DNA of 32,000 nt, from positions 1-32,000 of the forward strand of contig NZ_LWLG01000007.1 in assembly GCF_001652585.1 (NCBI RefSeq), written 5' to 3'. Every line of letters begins with the position of its first letter. The stretch's first letter is position 1. The notes beneath the pieces are model-generated. The model was not told the origin of the DNA, made no database searches, and worked only from the letters and a program-made list of their open reading frames with translations. The position numbers were made by a program, and so were the translations under genes. The DNA comes from Thermosulfurimonas dismutans (GTDB lineage: Bacteria; Desulfobacterota; Thermodesulfobacteria; Thermodesulfobacteriales; Thermodesulfobacteriaceae). Positions 1-8,204 of the stretch are shown here, one piece after another.

Positions 1-2
1 TT

Positions 3-50
3 GCTAAAGAAACTGAGGTTGAAGGTGAAGTAGCTCCCGCTACCTCCTAG
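3..50 (+). CDS. 3' end of an upstream gene (last 15 codons only), product unknown
   Basis: Frame 3 is open from the window edge to TAG at 48-50 and is followed by a strong hairpin terminator. It is too short to identify. Confidence 0.3.
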   Translation, partial: AKETEVEGEVAPATS

Positions 51-83
51 TTGTAAATTTTTGATTTTAGATATAGTAGGGAC

Positions 84-113
84 AAAAAGAGCCCCCCATG
101 GGGGCTCTTTTTG
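84..113 (+). terminator. Rho-independent terminator; the symmetric A-tract/T-tract could allow action in both directions
   Basis: AAAAAGAGCCCCC-cat-GGGGGCTCTTTTT: a GC-rich stem of about 9 bp, extendable by A:T pairs, followed by a T run. Confidence 0.8.
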
Positions 114-119
114 TGGAAA

Positions 120-149
120 TTGTTAACTAAATCTAAAAAATTCTAAAAA
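120..149 (+). promoter_or_regulatory. Possible sigma70-type promoter for the cytochrome gene
   Basis: TTGTTA (120-125), 18-nt spacer, TAAAAA (144-149) in an AT-rich stretch between the terminator and the SD AGGAGGG (157-163). The motif match is weak. Confidence 0.25.
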
Positions 150-170
150 TCTTAGTTAGGAGGGAAGAGG

Positions 171-1574
171 ATGTTGAAAGAAGGCTGGTTATTTTTCAAA
201 AGTTTTATTAAACAGAATAAGCTCTGTCTAATAGGGTCTATTCTACTTTTGGTTACTGTACCTCCGCTTACTATTTTCGCTTTAATAGATAGTGCTTACC
301 ATGTAGAATCACACGTTTTGCAACAGTTTTTCTATCTAGGTCTTTTTCCTTTAATGCTTTTGGGGTTGGCCCTTTTTTGTGTAGGAATTTTTATCTCCAG
401 ACAGGGATTCTTTTCTACTGAAACCATTAAAGAGCTGGTTCAAAAGGCGGATAAAGCCAAGGTTTTAAAAGAAACCGCCTTAGTGACCTCGGTAATTCTT
501 ACAGTTGTACTTATCTGTATGGGTGCCATTGTCTATAGTGCGTATCATTATACAGAATCCGTTAATTTTTGTGGGAAATTATGCCACAAAGTTATGACTC
601 CGGAATTTACAGCTTATAAACACTCTCCTCATGCGCATGTGAAATGCGTGGAATGTCATATCGGTCCTGGAGCTAGCTGGTTTGTAAAATCCAAACTAAA
701 TGGAATGAAGGAAGTCGTAGAGTATCTTACCAATACGTATCCTAAACCTCTTCCTACCCCCTTGCATAACCTTCGGCCGGCTAGGGAAACCTGTGAAGAA
801 TGTCACCGGCCTGAACACTTTATTGGTTATAAGTTTGTAATCAAAGAAAAGAGAGAAACCGATGAAAACAACAGCAAGGTTTATACCGTTCTTTTAATGA
901 AAACCGGAACCGGAGGTATGCGGGCCCAGAAGGCTCATGGTATCCACTGGCACGTGTCTCCCGATGTGAAGATCTATTACAAGTATACGGATGAAAAGAG
1001 GGAAAACATCGTAGAGGTCATCAAGGTAGAAAATGGTCAGAAGACCGTTTTTAAGGGAGGCGAGGAAGTAGGCGAGGGCCATATCCGCGAGATGGATTGT
1101 TTGGATTGCCACAACAGGCCCACCCATATTTTCCATTCCGCGGAGGAGGCGCTTGATCTTCAGTTTGTAAGTGGAGCCATGCCTGAGGACCTCCCCTTTA
1201 TTAAGAAGGTCGCTCTCGAAGCGATTACCAAGGAATATTCCTCCCGAGAGGAGGCCGAGATCAAGATTGCCGAATACATAAACAATTACTATCAGAATAA
1301 TTATCCGGATATCTTTAAAAATGACAAAGAAAAAATCGATAAGGCCATCAAAGCCGCACGTGAGGCCTATTTATTGAATGTATTTCCAGAGATGAACATC
1401 TCCTGGAACACTTATACCAATTTCCTAGGCCATGATGGTTGTTTCCGCTGTCACAATGAGGAACTGGAAAGTGCAGATGGAGAAGTTATTCCCCAGGATT
1501 GCTCTTTGTGCCACAATCTATTGGCGGAAGAGGAGGAAAACCCCGAAATTTTGGAGACTATTTTAGGAGAATAG
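171..1574 (+). CDS. Membrane-anchored multiheme cytochrome c, NapC/NirT-type N-terminal module (ImcH-like architecture)
   Basis: Three N-terminal hydrophobic helices. They are followed by FCGKLCHKVMTPEFTAYKHSPHAHVKCVECH, the NapC/NirT pattern. There are five CXXCH motifs (CVECH, CEECH, CLDCH, CFRCH, CSLCH) plus one CX3CH (CGKLCH). A strong SD lies upstream and a terminator downstream. Confidence 0.85.
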   Translation: MLKEGWLFFKSFIKQNKLCLIGSILLLVTVPPLTIFALIDSAYHVESHVLQQFFYLGLFPLMLLGLALFCVGIFISRQGFFSTETIKELVQKADKAKVLKETALVTSVILTVVLICMGAIVYSAYHYTESVNFCGKLCHKVMTPEFTAYKHSPHAHVKCVECHIGPGASWFVKSKLNGMKEVVEYLTNTYPKPLPTPLHNLRPARETCEECHRPEHFIGYKFVIKEKRETDENNSKVYTVLLMKTGTGGMRAQKAHGIHWHVSPDVKIYYKYTDEKRENIVEVIKVENGQKTVFKGGEEVGEGHIREMDCLDCHNRPTHIFHSAEEALDLQFVSGAMPEDLPFIKKVALEAITKEYSSREEAEIKIAEYINNYYQNNYPDIFKNDKEKIDKAIKAAREAYLLNVFPEMNISWNTYTNFLGHDGCFRCHNEELESADGEVIPQDCSLCHNLLAEEEENPEILETILGE

Positions 1575-1581
1575 TTCTTTT

Positions 1582-1611
1582 AGAGGCCCGGGGATCCCCG
1601 GGCCTCTTTTC
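1582..1611 (+). terminator. Rho-independent terminator after the cytochrome gene
   Basis: Perfect palindrome AGAGGCCCGGGgatcCCCGGGCCTCT (11-bp stem) followed by TTTT. Confidence 0.75.
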
Positions 1612-1698
1612 ATTTTAAATCGTTTTAAAAATCCCCCCACAAAATTATTTTTTGCCTTCTAATCTTCCCTCACGCCCTCTTCTTTTTTAAAATCTTAT

Positions 1699-1727
1699 TT
1701 GACCTTTTAGAAAAAAGTCTGTTAAAT
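1699..1727 (+). promoter_or_regulatory. Candidate sigma70-type promoter for the NrfD-like/FeS/cytochrome operon
   Basis: TTGACC (1699-1704), 17-nt spacer, TTAAAT (1722-1727), about 50 nt upstream of the ATG at 1778. Confidence 0.3.
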
Positions 1728-1777
1728 CTGGAGAACAGAAAAAAAGGAAGTTCCAATTTCCTAAAAAGGAGGTCCTT

Positions 1778-2944
1778 ATGTTGGTAGCCCAAGGCGGAGT
1801 CAAGAATAGTCGTATAGTAGGATTGTTTGTTTTTTCTTTGATTCTTTTAGGCATAGGTTTAGTAGCTGGACTTCGAGGATTCATTGTTGGACACGAGCAT
1901 GTCTATGGAGTTACTCGGGAGGTTCCCTGGGGCATTCTTATTTCTACTTATGTTTTCTGGGTGGTGACTTCTACTGGACTCTGTTTGACCTCCTCCATCG
2001 GGCACGTTTTTGGCTATAAGCCTATGCACCCCATTGCCAGCCGGAGTATATTCCTAGCTATCGCCACCATCCTTTCTGGATTCCTAGCCATCGGATTGGA
2101 GCTCGAAAATCCCTGGCGTATGCCTATCTGGAACGTCCTTTCTCCCAACCTCAAGTCCAATATCTGGTGGATGGGGACCCTTTATGGTGCTTACCTCTTT
2201 TTTATGCTGATAGAGTTCGGTCTCATAAGGCTTGGCAAACACAAGGAAGCCTCCATGGCCGGCCTCTTAGGAGTCGTTGCCGGAATAGCCGCCCATAGTA
2301 ATTTGGGGGCAGTCTTTGGACTACTTCATGCTCATGAATTCTGGTACGGACCTTATATGCCCATCTATTTCATTGCTTCGGCCATGATGAGTGGGGCCGC
2401 AGCCATCATCTTCTTCACCTGGCTGGCTTATAAGCTATCCGGTCGTCAGATGGAGGAATCTATGGTTAAGGCCCTCCAAGTTACCGGAAAGGTCTATGCC
2501 CTTCTTACGGCGGTGGTGATCTTTTTTACCATCTGGAAGATCATCGCCAGCTTGGCCGGTAAACCCCATGGCAAGTGGGAAACGGTGATGGCCCTTATGA
2601 AAGGACCCTATGCCTTCAATTTCTGGGTCTTTGAGATCTTTCTGGGGTTGGTTCTTCCCTTCCTGGTAGTAATTGGGGTCAGGGCCAAAGATATAAACGC
2701 CATGGCCTATGTGGCAGGGCTAGCACTATTGGCCATCTTTGTCATGCGATATGATTTGGTGGTTGGCGGTCAGATCGTGCCTCACTACCATGGTATGCAC
2801 ATCTATGGCCTGCCCGAGTATTATCATTACTTCCCTTCCCTTTCGGAATGGTTGGTGGTTCTAGGTAGCTTTGGTCTTTTTGGTTCCCTGTTCCTCTGGG
2901 GAGAGATGGCCTTTGACGGTCATAAAGAAATTCATCACCATTAA
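1778..2944 (+). CDS. NrfD/PsrC-family integral membrane quinone-interacting subunit (about 10 TM, HmcC/DsrP/QrcD-like size)
   Basis: 388 aa with about 10 hydrophobic segments. SD AAAGGAGG lies upstream. It sits directly upstream of an NrfC-type FeS protein, the usual pairing for this family. Confidence 0.85.
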   Translation: MLVAQGGVKNSRIVGLFVFSLILLGIGLVAGLRGFIVGHEHVYGVTREVPWGILISTYVFWVVTSTGLCLTSSIGHVFGYKPMHPIASRSIFLAIATILSGFLAIGLELENPWRMPIWNVLSPNLKSNIWWMGTLYGAYLFFMLIEFGLIRLGKHKEASMAGLLGVVAGIAAHSNLGAVFGLLHAHEFWYGPYMPIYFIASAMMSGAAAIIFFTWLAYKLSGRQMEESMVKALQVTGKVYALLTAVVIFFTIWKIIASLAGKPHGKWETVMALMKGPYAFNFWVFEIFLGLVLPFLVVIGVRAKDINAMAYVAGLALLAIFVMRYDLVVGGQIVPHYHGMHIYGLPEYYHYFPSLSEWLVVLGSFGLFGSLFLWGEMAFDGHKEIHHH

Positions 2945-2955
2945 GGAGGTGTTCT

Positions 2956-3720
2956 ATGTATTTAAAGGATTTCGCTAAGTGGCTTAAGAGTCTTAAAAAC
3001 GAAGGGGTCGAGCATGTTTCTGTTGAGGAAAGGAGAAAATTTTTAAAAATGGGGCTGGTCATTACTGGAGTCTATGCCGGTGGTACCTTGCTTTCGGTAG
3101 TTTCGAAGGTTAACGAGGTTTATGCGGATATACCCGAATACGTGGGACATTATCCCTATAAACCTCACTATAGCATGGTCCTTAGGACAGACCGGTGCAT
3201 AGATTGTGAAAGGTGTATGGAAGCTTGCCGTAAGACCAACCACGTCCCTTCTTACGGCTGGCGGACTAGGATACTGGAACAGCATCTTCCCAAAGGCGAA
3301 GGTGAGTGGGAAAGACGGTTTATGCCCATCCTTTGCAATCACTGCAACGAGCCCCCCTGTGTAAGGGCCTGTCCCACCAGGGCCACTTATAAGGACAAGA
3401 AGACCGGAATCGTTAGGATGAACGTCAAAAAATGTATCGGTTGTAAGACTTGTATGGCAGCCTGTCCTTACAATATGCGTTATTTCAATGAGGAAAAACG
3501 TGCTATAGATAAATGCGATTTCTGTTGGGAGAGCCGTCTTTCAAAAGGCGAAAAGATTACGGCTTGTGCTCAGGCCTGTCCGGCTAAGGTTAGGATATTT
3601 GGAGACCTTTCGGATCCGGAAAGTGAAGTTTTCCAGCTGGTGCACGATCCTCAACGGGCCATTTGGGTCTTGAGACCTGAAGTAGGGGCCCGACCCAACG
3701 TCTTTTACACCATAAACTAA
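2956..3720 (+). CDS. Periplasmic 4x[4Fe-4S] ferredoxin-type subunit (NrfC/PsrB/HybA/DsrO-like) with twin-arginine signal
   Basis: Tat motif ERRKFLKMG followed by a hydrophobic stretch and VYA. Four Cys clusters are present: CIDCERCMEAC, CNHCNEPPCVRACP, CIGCKTCMAACP, CDFC...C..ACP. SD AAGGAGG lies upstream. Confidence 0.9.
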   Translation: MYLKDFAKWLKSLKNEGVEHVSVEERRKFLKMGLVITGVYAGGTLLSVVSKVNEVYADIPEYVGHYPYKPHYSMVLRTDRCIDCERCMEACRKTNHVPSYGWRTRILEQHLPKGEGEWERRFMPILCNHCNEPPCVRACPTRATYKDKKTGIVRMNVKKCIGCKTCMAACPYNMRYFNEEKRAIDKCDFCWESRLSKGEKITACAQACPAKVRIFGDLSDPESEVFQLVHDPQRAIWVLRPEVGARPNVFYTIN

Positions 3721-3737
3721 AAAGGAGGTCATAAGCC

Positions 3738-4154
3738 ATGAAGAAGATATTTCTCCTTTTGGGTATTTTCTTTGTAATAGGGTTATTTTTCCATAGCCTA
3801 CCCTCCATGAGTCAAGAGGGAAGTAGCGAAGAGGAGGCCGAGTATCCCACCGAACCGATAATTTTTACTCAACCTCTCAAGGCTGTCCTTTTTGAACACA
3901 AGATCCATGTGGAAGAGGCTGGTCTTTCCTGCGAGGATTGCCATGAGGAAGTTTTTCCTATGGAGGCCGGAAGCACTCAAGAAAACGAAGACTTTACCAT
4001 GGAGGCCCTCTATAACGGCAAATATTGTGGGACCTGTCATGACGGTGAGTCGGCCTTTGCCTCCAATACCCGCTGTGCCACCTGTCACATTGGGGTCATG
4101 GGTTTAAAAAGATTGTCCGGTCAAGAGTCGCAGACCGGGCACGAAGGACATTGA
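3738..4154 (+). CDS. Small periplasmic triheme cytochrome c (c7/c3 class III-like)
   Basis: Signal peptide MKKIFLLLGIFFVIGLFF. FEHKIH, then CEDCH, GKYCGTCHDG..AF and CATCH, which is the c7/c3 family pattern. SD AAGGAGG lies upstream. Confidence 0.85.
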   Translation: MKKIFLLLGIFFVIGLFFHSLPSMSQEGSSEEEAEYPTEPIIFTQPLKAVLFEHKIHVEEAGLSCEDCHEEVFPMEAGSTQENEDFTMEALYNGKYCGTCHDGESAFASNTRCATCHIGVMGLKRLSGQESQTGHEGH

Positions 4155-4197
4155 AGATCTTTTAAGACTTGCCTCTTAACTTAGGAAAGATTATCTT

Positions 4198-4226
4198 CCC
4201 CCTCGAAAGAGGGGGTTTTTTGTTTT
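4198..4226 (+). terminator. Hairpin plus T-tract (terminator or attenuator) at the end of the redox operon
   Basis: CCCCCTC-GAAA-GAGGGGG (7-bp stem, GNRA loop) followed by TTTTTTGTTTT. The T-tract runs into the TTG start at 4225. Confidence 0.7.
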
Positions 4227-4680
4227 GGGTATAAAAATAGAACACGGCGATAAAGTTACCTTCCGTTATCAAGTCTTTAGCGATACGGGGTTGGTAGATG
4301 CCTCTCCAACCCCGATAACCGTTGTTGTAGGCGAAGGCCAATTTTTTAGGCCGGTTGAGGAGGGCCTTCTTGGAAAAGAAGAAGGAGAAAAGGTTGTTGT
4401 CTGGGTGCCTCCCGAGGAACACTATGGCCGCTACGACCCGAAGAAGGTAAAGCTCATCCCCAGCGAGAAACTCCCTCCTCAGGCCCGGGTGGGAGAGACG
4501 GTTTTTATTCAGGATGAGTTTGGAGTCCTTCATCCGGCTAAGCTCCGCCGTCGGGATGTTTCACTGGCTGTGGTGGATCTCAATCATCCTTTGGCTGGGA
4601 AGTATCTCCGGTTTGAGGTCGAGATTCTAAAGATTGAAAAAACGCCTTCCGAACCTTCTGGAGAAGGAGGAGACTTATGA
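4225..4680 (+). CDS. FKBP-type peptidyl-prolyl cis-trans isomerase (SlyD-like, cytoplasmic, no His-rich tail)
   Basis: The N-terminus IKIEHGDKVTFRYQV...G.VDAS...VVVGEGQ....EEGLLG...GEK and the C-terminus DLNHPLAGK.L.FEVEI are typical of SlyD/FKBP16-type PPIases. TTG is the only in-frame start that keeps the first beta-strand. Confidence 0.8.
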   Translation: MGIKIEHGDKVTFRYQVFSDTGLVDASPTPITVVVGEGQFFRPVEEGLLGKEEGEKVVVWVPPEEHYGRYDPKKVKLIPSEKLPPQARVGETVFIQDEFGVLHPAKLRRRDVSLAVVDLNHPLAGKYLRFEVEILKIEKTPSEPSGEGGDL

Positions 4681-5900
4681 AGTACATCGTGCTGGTAGGA
4701 GATGGTATGGGGGATTTTCCTCTCAAAGAGCTCTCCGGCCGGACACCGCTCGAAGTGGCCACTACTCCCGGTATGGACTTTTTGGCCCAGCATGGCGAAA
4801 TGGGCCTGGTTCAAACCGTACCTCAAGGAATGTCTCCGGGGAGCGACGTGGCCAACATGAGCCTCATGGGATATCCCCCCCAGGAAAAATATACCGGTCG
4901 CGGTCCAATTGAGGCTGCCAGTCTCAATATTCCCATGAGACCCGAAGATGTGGCCTTCCGATGTAACTTGGTAACCCTTAAAAAGGTTGGTACCAACCTT
5001 ATCATGGAAGACTATAGCGCCGGCCACATCTCTACCGAAGAGGCCCGGATACTCATAGAAGATCTGAACCGAGAACTTTCTACCGATAAGCTGGAGCTAT
5101 TTTGCGGCAAGAGCTATAGGCATATCCTCCTTTGGAGAGGAGGGCCGGAAGGCCTAAGAACCTTCCCTCCTCATGACCTCATCGGAAAGAACATCTATCA
5201 CGCCTGGCTAGCCTACAAAGAGGAGCCCATGTTACGGGACTTCCTGATCCGAGCCATTAAGATCTTGGAGAAGCATCCGGTTAATCAGAGAAGGGTTCAG
5301 GAAAACAAGCCTCCGGCCAATGCCCTCTGGCCCTGGGGACAGGGAAGGATACCTTTACTCGAGCCCTTCTCCGAAAAGTGGGGCCTTTCGGGAGCGGTGG
5401 TGGCCGCCGTGGATCTCATTAAGGGCCTTGGAGTACTCGCTGGTCTTGAGATCATAGAGGTCGAGGGAGCCACCGGGTATCTTGATACCAATTACGAGGG
5501 CAAAGCGCTTGCGGCTATCGAAGCCCTTAAAAAGCACGATTTCGTATTCCTGCACGTGGAGGCCCCGGATGAGGCTGCCCATCAAGGTTCCATTGAGCTC
5601 AAGATTAAAGCCATTCAGGACTTTGATCGCTATGTGGTAAGAACCATTCTTGAAGAGGCGGCGGCTAATTTCAGTGAATATCGTATCCTGGCGGTTACGG
5701 ATCATCTGACTCCTATTCCCTTGCGGACCCACTCTTCCAAACCGGTCCCCTTCGTAATTTTTGACTCCCGAGACGAGGATATCAAACGTTCGGAGGGTTT
5801 TTCTGAACGGACAGCTCAAGGAAGTGGCCTTTTTATACCTGATGGTCAGACCCTAATGATCCGTTTTCTACAAAAGGAGCCTAGGCTTCCTCAGGAATGA
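4677..5900 (+). CDS. apgM: ApgM-family metalloenzyme: cofactor-independent phosphoglycerate mutase (archaeal type) or proposed non-canonical homoserine kinase
   Basis: [13 protein letters not shown]...L.GRTPLE.A.TP.MD.LA..G..G...[13 protein letters not shown], and later [12 protein letters not shown] and VTDHLTP. An ATGA overlap joins it to the upstream gene. Confidence 0.8.
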   Translation: MKYIVLVGDGMGDFPLKELSGRTPLEVATTPGMDFLAQHGEMGLVQTVPQGMSPGSDVANMSLMGYPPQEKYTGRGPIEAASLNIPMRPEDVAFRCNLVTLKKVGTNLIMEDYSAGHISTEEARILIEDLNRELSTDKLELFCGKSYRHILLWRGGPEGLRTFPPHDLIGKNIYHAWLAYKEEPMLRDFLIRAIKILEKHPVNQRRVQENKPPANALWPWGQGRIPLLEPFSEKWGLSGAVVAAVDLIKGLGVLAGLEIIEVEGATGYLDTNYEGKALAAIEALKKHDFVFLHVEAPDEAAHQGSIELKIKAIQDFDRYVVRTILEEAAANFSEYRILAVTDHLTPIPLRTHSSKPVPFVIFDSRDEDIKRSEGFSERTAQGSGLFIPDGQTLMIRFLQKEPRLPQE

Positions 5901-7531
5901 TGCCCATGCAAACCGACTTTTTGATCATAGGTTCTGGTATCGCTGGACTCTCTCTGGCTCTTAAACTCTCCTCTCTAGGAGAAGTGACCATTATTACCAA
6001 AAAGAAGGCTCACGAGGGGGCCACCGTTCTAGCCCAGGGAGGTATAGCCTGTGTAATGGGCGAGGACGACAGTTTTGAACTTCACATTGAGGATACCTTA
6101 CGGACCGGAGATGGACTTTCCCATCCTGAAATCGTAGAGCTGGTGGTAAAACAGGCTCCAGAGAGGATCCAGGAGTTGGTGGCGCTCGGGGTGGAGTTCA
6201 CCCGTGATCCCGAGAACCCGGAAAGATTTATGCTAGGGCTTGAAGGGGGACACTCTCGCCGAAGGATCCTCCATGTGGAGGATCACACTGGCCGTGAGAT
6301 CGAGAGGGTTCTGCTTGCAAGGGTGCGGGAACAGGCCAACATCAAAATCCTTGAGAATCGGCTGGCGGTCGATCTTATAACCTTGGGCAAGATTGGAAAA
6401 GCGGTCTCCGGGGATCGGGTCATCGGGGCCTACGTTATGTCTTGGGAGACGGGGGAGATAGAGGTTTATCTCTCCCGGGTGGTGATTTTGGCTACCGGAG
6501 GGGCTGGAAAAGTCTATCTATATACCAGCAACCCGGACACGGCTACCGGGGACGGTATTGCGCTTGCGGTAAGGGCTGGCGCCCGGGCAGCAAATCTGGA
6601 ATTCGTTCAGTTTCATCCCACGTGTCTCTATCATCCAAAGGCCAAGAACTTTTTGATTTCAGAGGCCTTGCGGGGTGAGGGGGCTCGTCTTCTCGGTCCG
6701 GACGGAAGATCTTTTATGGAACGATATGATCCGGAGAGGCGCGAACTTGCTCCTAGGGACATCGTGGCCCGAGCCATTGATATGGAGCTCAAGCGCACTG
6801 GGGCCGATCATCTGTATCTGGATATTTCCCATAGGGGAGCAGATTTCATCAAGTCTCGCTTCCCTTACATTTACGAAACCTGTCTCCGCTACGGTATCGA
6901 TATTACGAAAGAGCCTATTCCGGTGGTTCCGGCAGCTCATTACATGTGTGGGGGGGTAATGACTAATCTCTTTGCCGAAACCGATATCCCAGGGCTCTTT
7001 GCCGTAGGGGAATGTGCTTTTACCGGACTACATGGGGCAAACCGTCTAGCCTCAAACTCTCTCCTTGAGGCCCTAGTCTTTGCCCATCAGGCCGCTTTGA
7101 GGATTCGCGATAGATGGCCGGAGTGGCGTAAGCTTCCCTTTATTCCGGCCCCGGAATGGGATCCCGGAGGGGCAGTAGATATGGAGGAAAAGGTACTTAT
7201 CTCCCACAACTGGGATGCCATCAGGCGTCTGATGTGGAACTACGTGGGGATTGTGAGGAGTCTCGACCGTCTTCACCTGGCCTGGAGGAGACTTAACTTT
7301 ATCGCTAAGGAGATCGAGGATCACTATTGGCATTATATCCTTACTCCGGAGTTTGTAGAGTTAAGGAACTTGTGTCAGGTGGCTCGTCTTGTCGTGGCCT
7401 GTGCCCTTTCAAGACGGGAATCCCGGGGGACTCATTACTTAAAGGATTTTCCCAGAAGGGATCCCGCCTATTTAAAGGACACCATGGTTGATCGGAGGGT
7501 TCTCCTTGAACGGAGTGGCGGAGAATCTTAG
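5897..7531 (+). CDS. nadB: L-aspartate oxidase
   Basis: FAD fold [15 protein letters not shown]. Motifs HYMCGGV and [25 protein letters not shown] are present, and the 544-aa length is typical of NadB. An ATGA overlap joins it to apgM. Confidence 0.95.
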   Translation: MMPMQTDFLIIGSGIAGLSLALKLSSLGEVTIITKKKAHEGATVLAQGGIACVMGEDDSFELHIEDTLRTGDGLSHPEIVELVVKQAPERIQELVALGVEFTRDPENPERFMLGLEGGHSRRRILHVEDHTGREIERVLLARVREQANIKILENRLAVDLITLGKIGKAVSGDRVIGAYVMSWETGEIEVYLSRVVILATGGAGKVYLYTSNPDTATGDGIALAVRAGARAANLEFVQFHPTCLYHPKAKNFLISEALRGEGARLLGPDGRSFMERYDPERRELAPRDIVARAIDMELKRTGADHLYLDISHRGADFIKSRFPYIYETCLRYGIDITKEPIPVVPAAHYMCGGVMTNLFAETDIPGLFAVGECAFTGLHGANRLASNSLLEALVFAHQAALRIRDRWPEWRKLPFIPAPEWDPGGAVDMEEKVLISHNWDAIRRLMWNYVGIVRSLDRLHLAWRRLNFIAKEIEDHYWHYILTPEFVELRNLCQVARLVVACALSRRESRGTHYLKDFPRRDPAYLKDTMVDRRVLLERSGGES

Positions 7532-8204
7532 ACGTATTAGGGAAAAGATTGCCGAGGCCGCTCTGAGGGTCGGCCGAAAGCCTGAGGAGGTTAAAATCCT
7601 TGGGGCGGCCAAAGGCCAGTCCACGGAAAAGATCAGGGAAGCGGTGGCCGAAGGCCTCACTCTTATAGGAGAAAATTACGTTCAGGAGGCCGAAAAGAAA
7701 AAGCCTTTTCTTTCGGATCTTTCCCTTACCTGGCATCTCATCGGACATCTACAGAAAAATAAGGCCAAAAAGGCCTTTGAGCTCTTTGATCTAATTGAGA
7801 CTGTGGATCGAATCGAGATCGCCGAAAAGCTCTCTAAGCTGTGCCAAAAGACTGGACGTAGACTGCCGGTATTTATTGAGGTCAACGTGGGTGGCGAGGA
7901 AAACAAAAAGGGAATCTTACCGGAGGCCCTTCCAGAACTTATCCGCCATATAAAAGATCTCCCGGGGCTAGAGATCCGGGGCCTTATGTGTATTCCTCCC
8001 TATTTCGAGGATGTGGAGGCCGTAAGACCTTATTTCAGACGCCTCCGGGAACTGCGGGACGAACTTCAAGAAAAGTTTGATCTTCCAGCCCTTACCGAAC
8101 TTTCCATGGGCATGAGCCATGATTTTGAGGTGGCGGTAGAGGAAGGTGCTACCATTGTGAGGATAGGGACTGCCCTCTTTGGTCCGAGAACACCGAAAAA
8201 GTGA
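7515..8204 (+). CDS. yggS: YggS-family pyridoxal-phosphate homeostasis protein
   Basis: LGAAKGQS (PLP Lys), [47 protein letters not shown] prefer the GTG at 7515. The ORF track's ATG at 7488 would overlap nadB by 44 nt. Confidence 0.9.
   Translation: MAENLRRIREKIAEAALRVGRKPEEVKILGAAKGQSTEKIREAVAEGLTLIGENYVQEAEKKKPFLSDLSLTWHLIGHLQKNKAKKAFELFDLIETVDRIEIAEKLSKLCQKTGRRLPVFIEVNVGGEENKKGILPEALPELIRHIKDLPGLEIRGLMCIPPYFEDVEAVRPYFRRLRELRDELQEKFDLPALTELSMGMSHDFEVAVEEGATIVRIGTALFGPRTPKK

Noticed and set aside
4225-4680. Possibility that the FKBP PPIase belongs to the redox operon, by analogy with the PPIase-like MccB in the Wolinella mcc sulfite-reductase cluster
   Set aside because: The protein has no signal peptide and so is cytoplasmic, unlike a periplasmic maturation PPIase. 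It is separated from the cytochrome operon by a strong hairpin and T-tract, and no octaheme MccA-like gene is present. I kept only a weak note on Tat-signal chaperoning.
4162-7748. Antisense or alternative-frame ORFs of 120-154 aa (4162-4533, 4584-5027, 5355-5819 and 7341-7748, all minus strand)
   Set aside because: Each lies fully inside a confidently identified plus-strand gene (PPIase, apgM, nadB/yggS). They have low-complexity or atypical composition (R/S/G/P-rich) and no SD.
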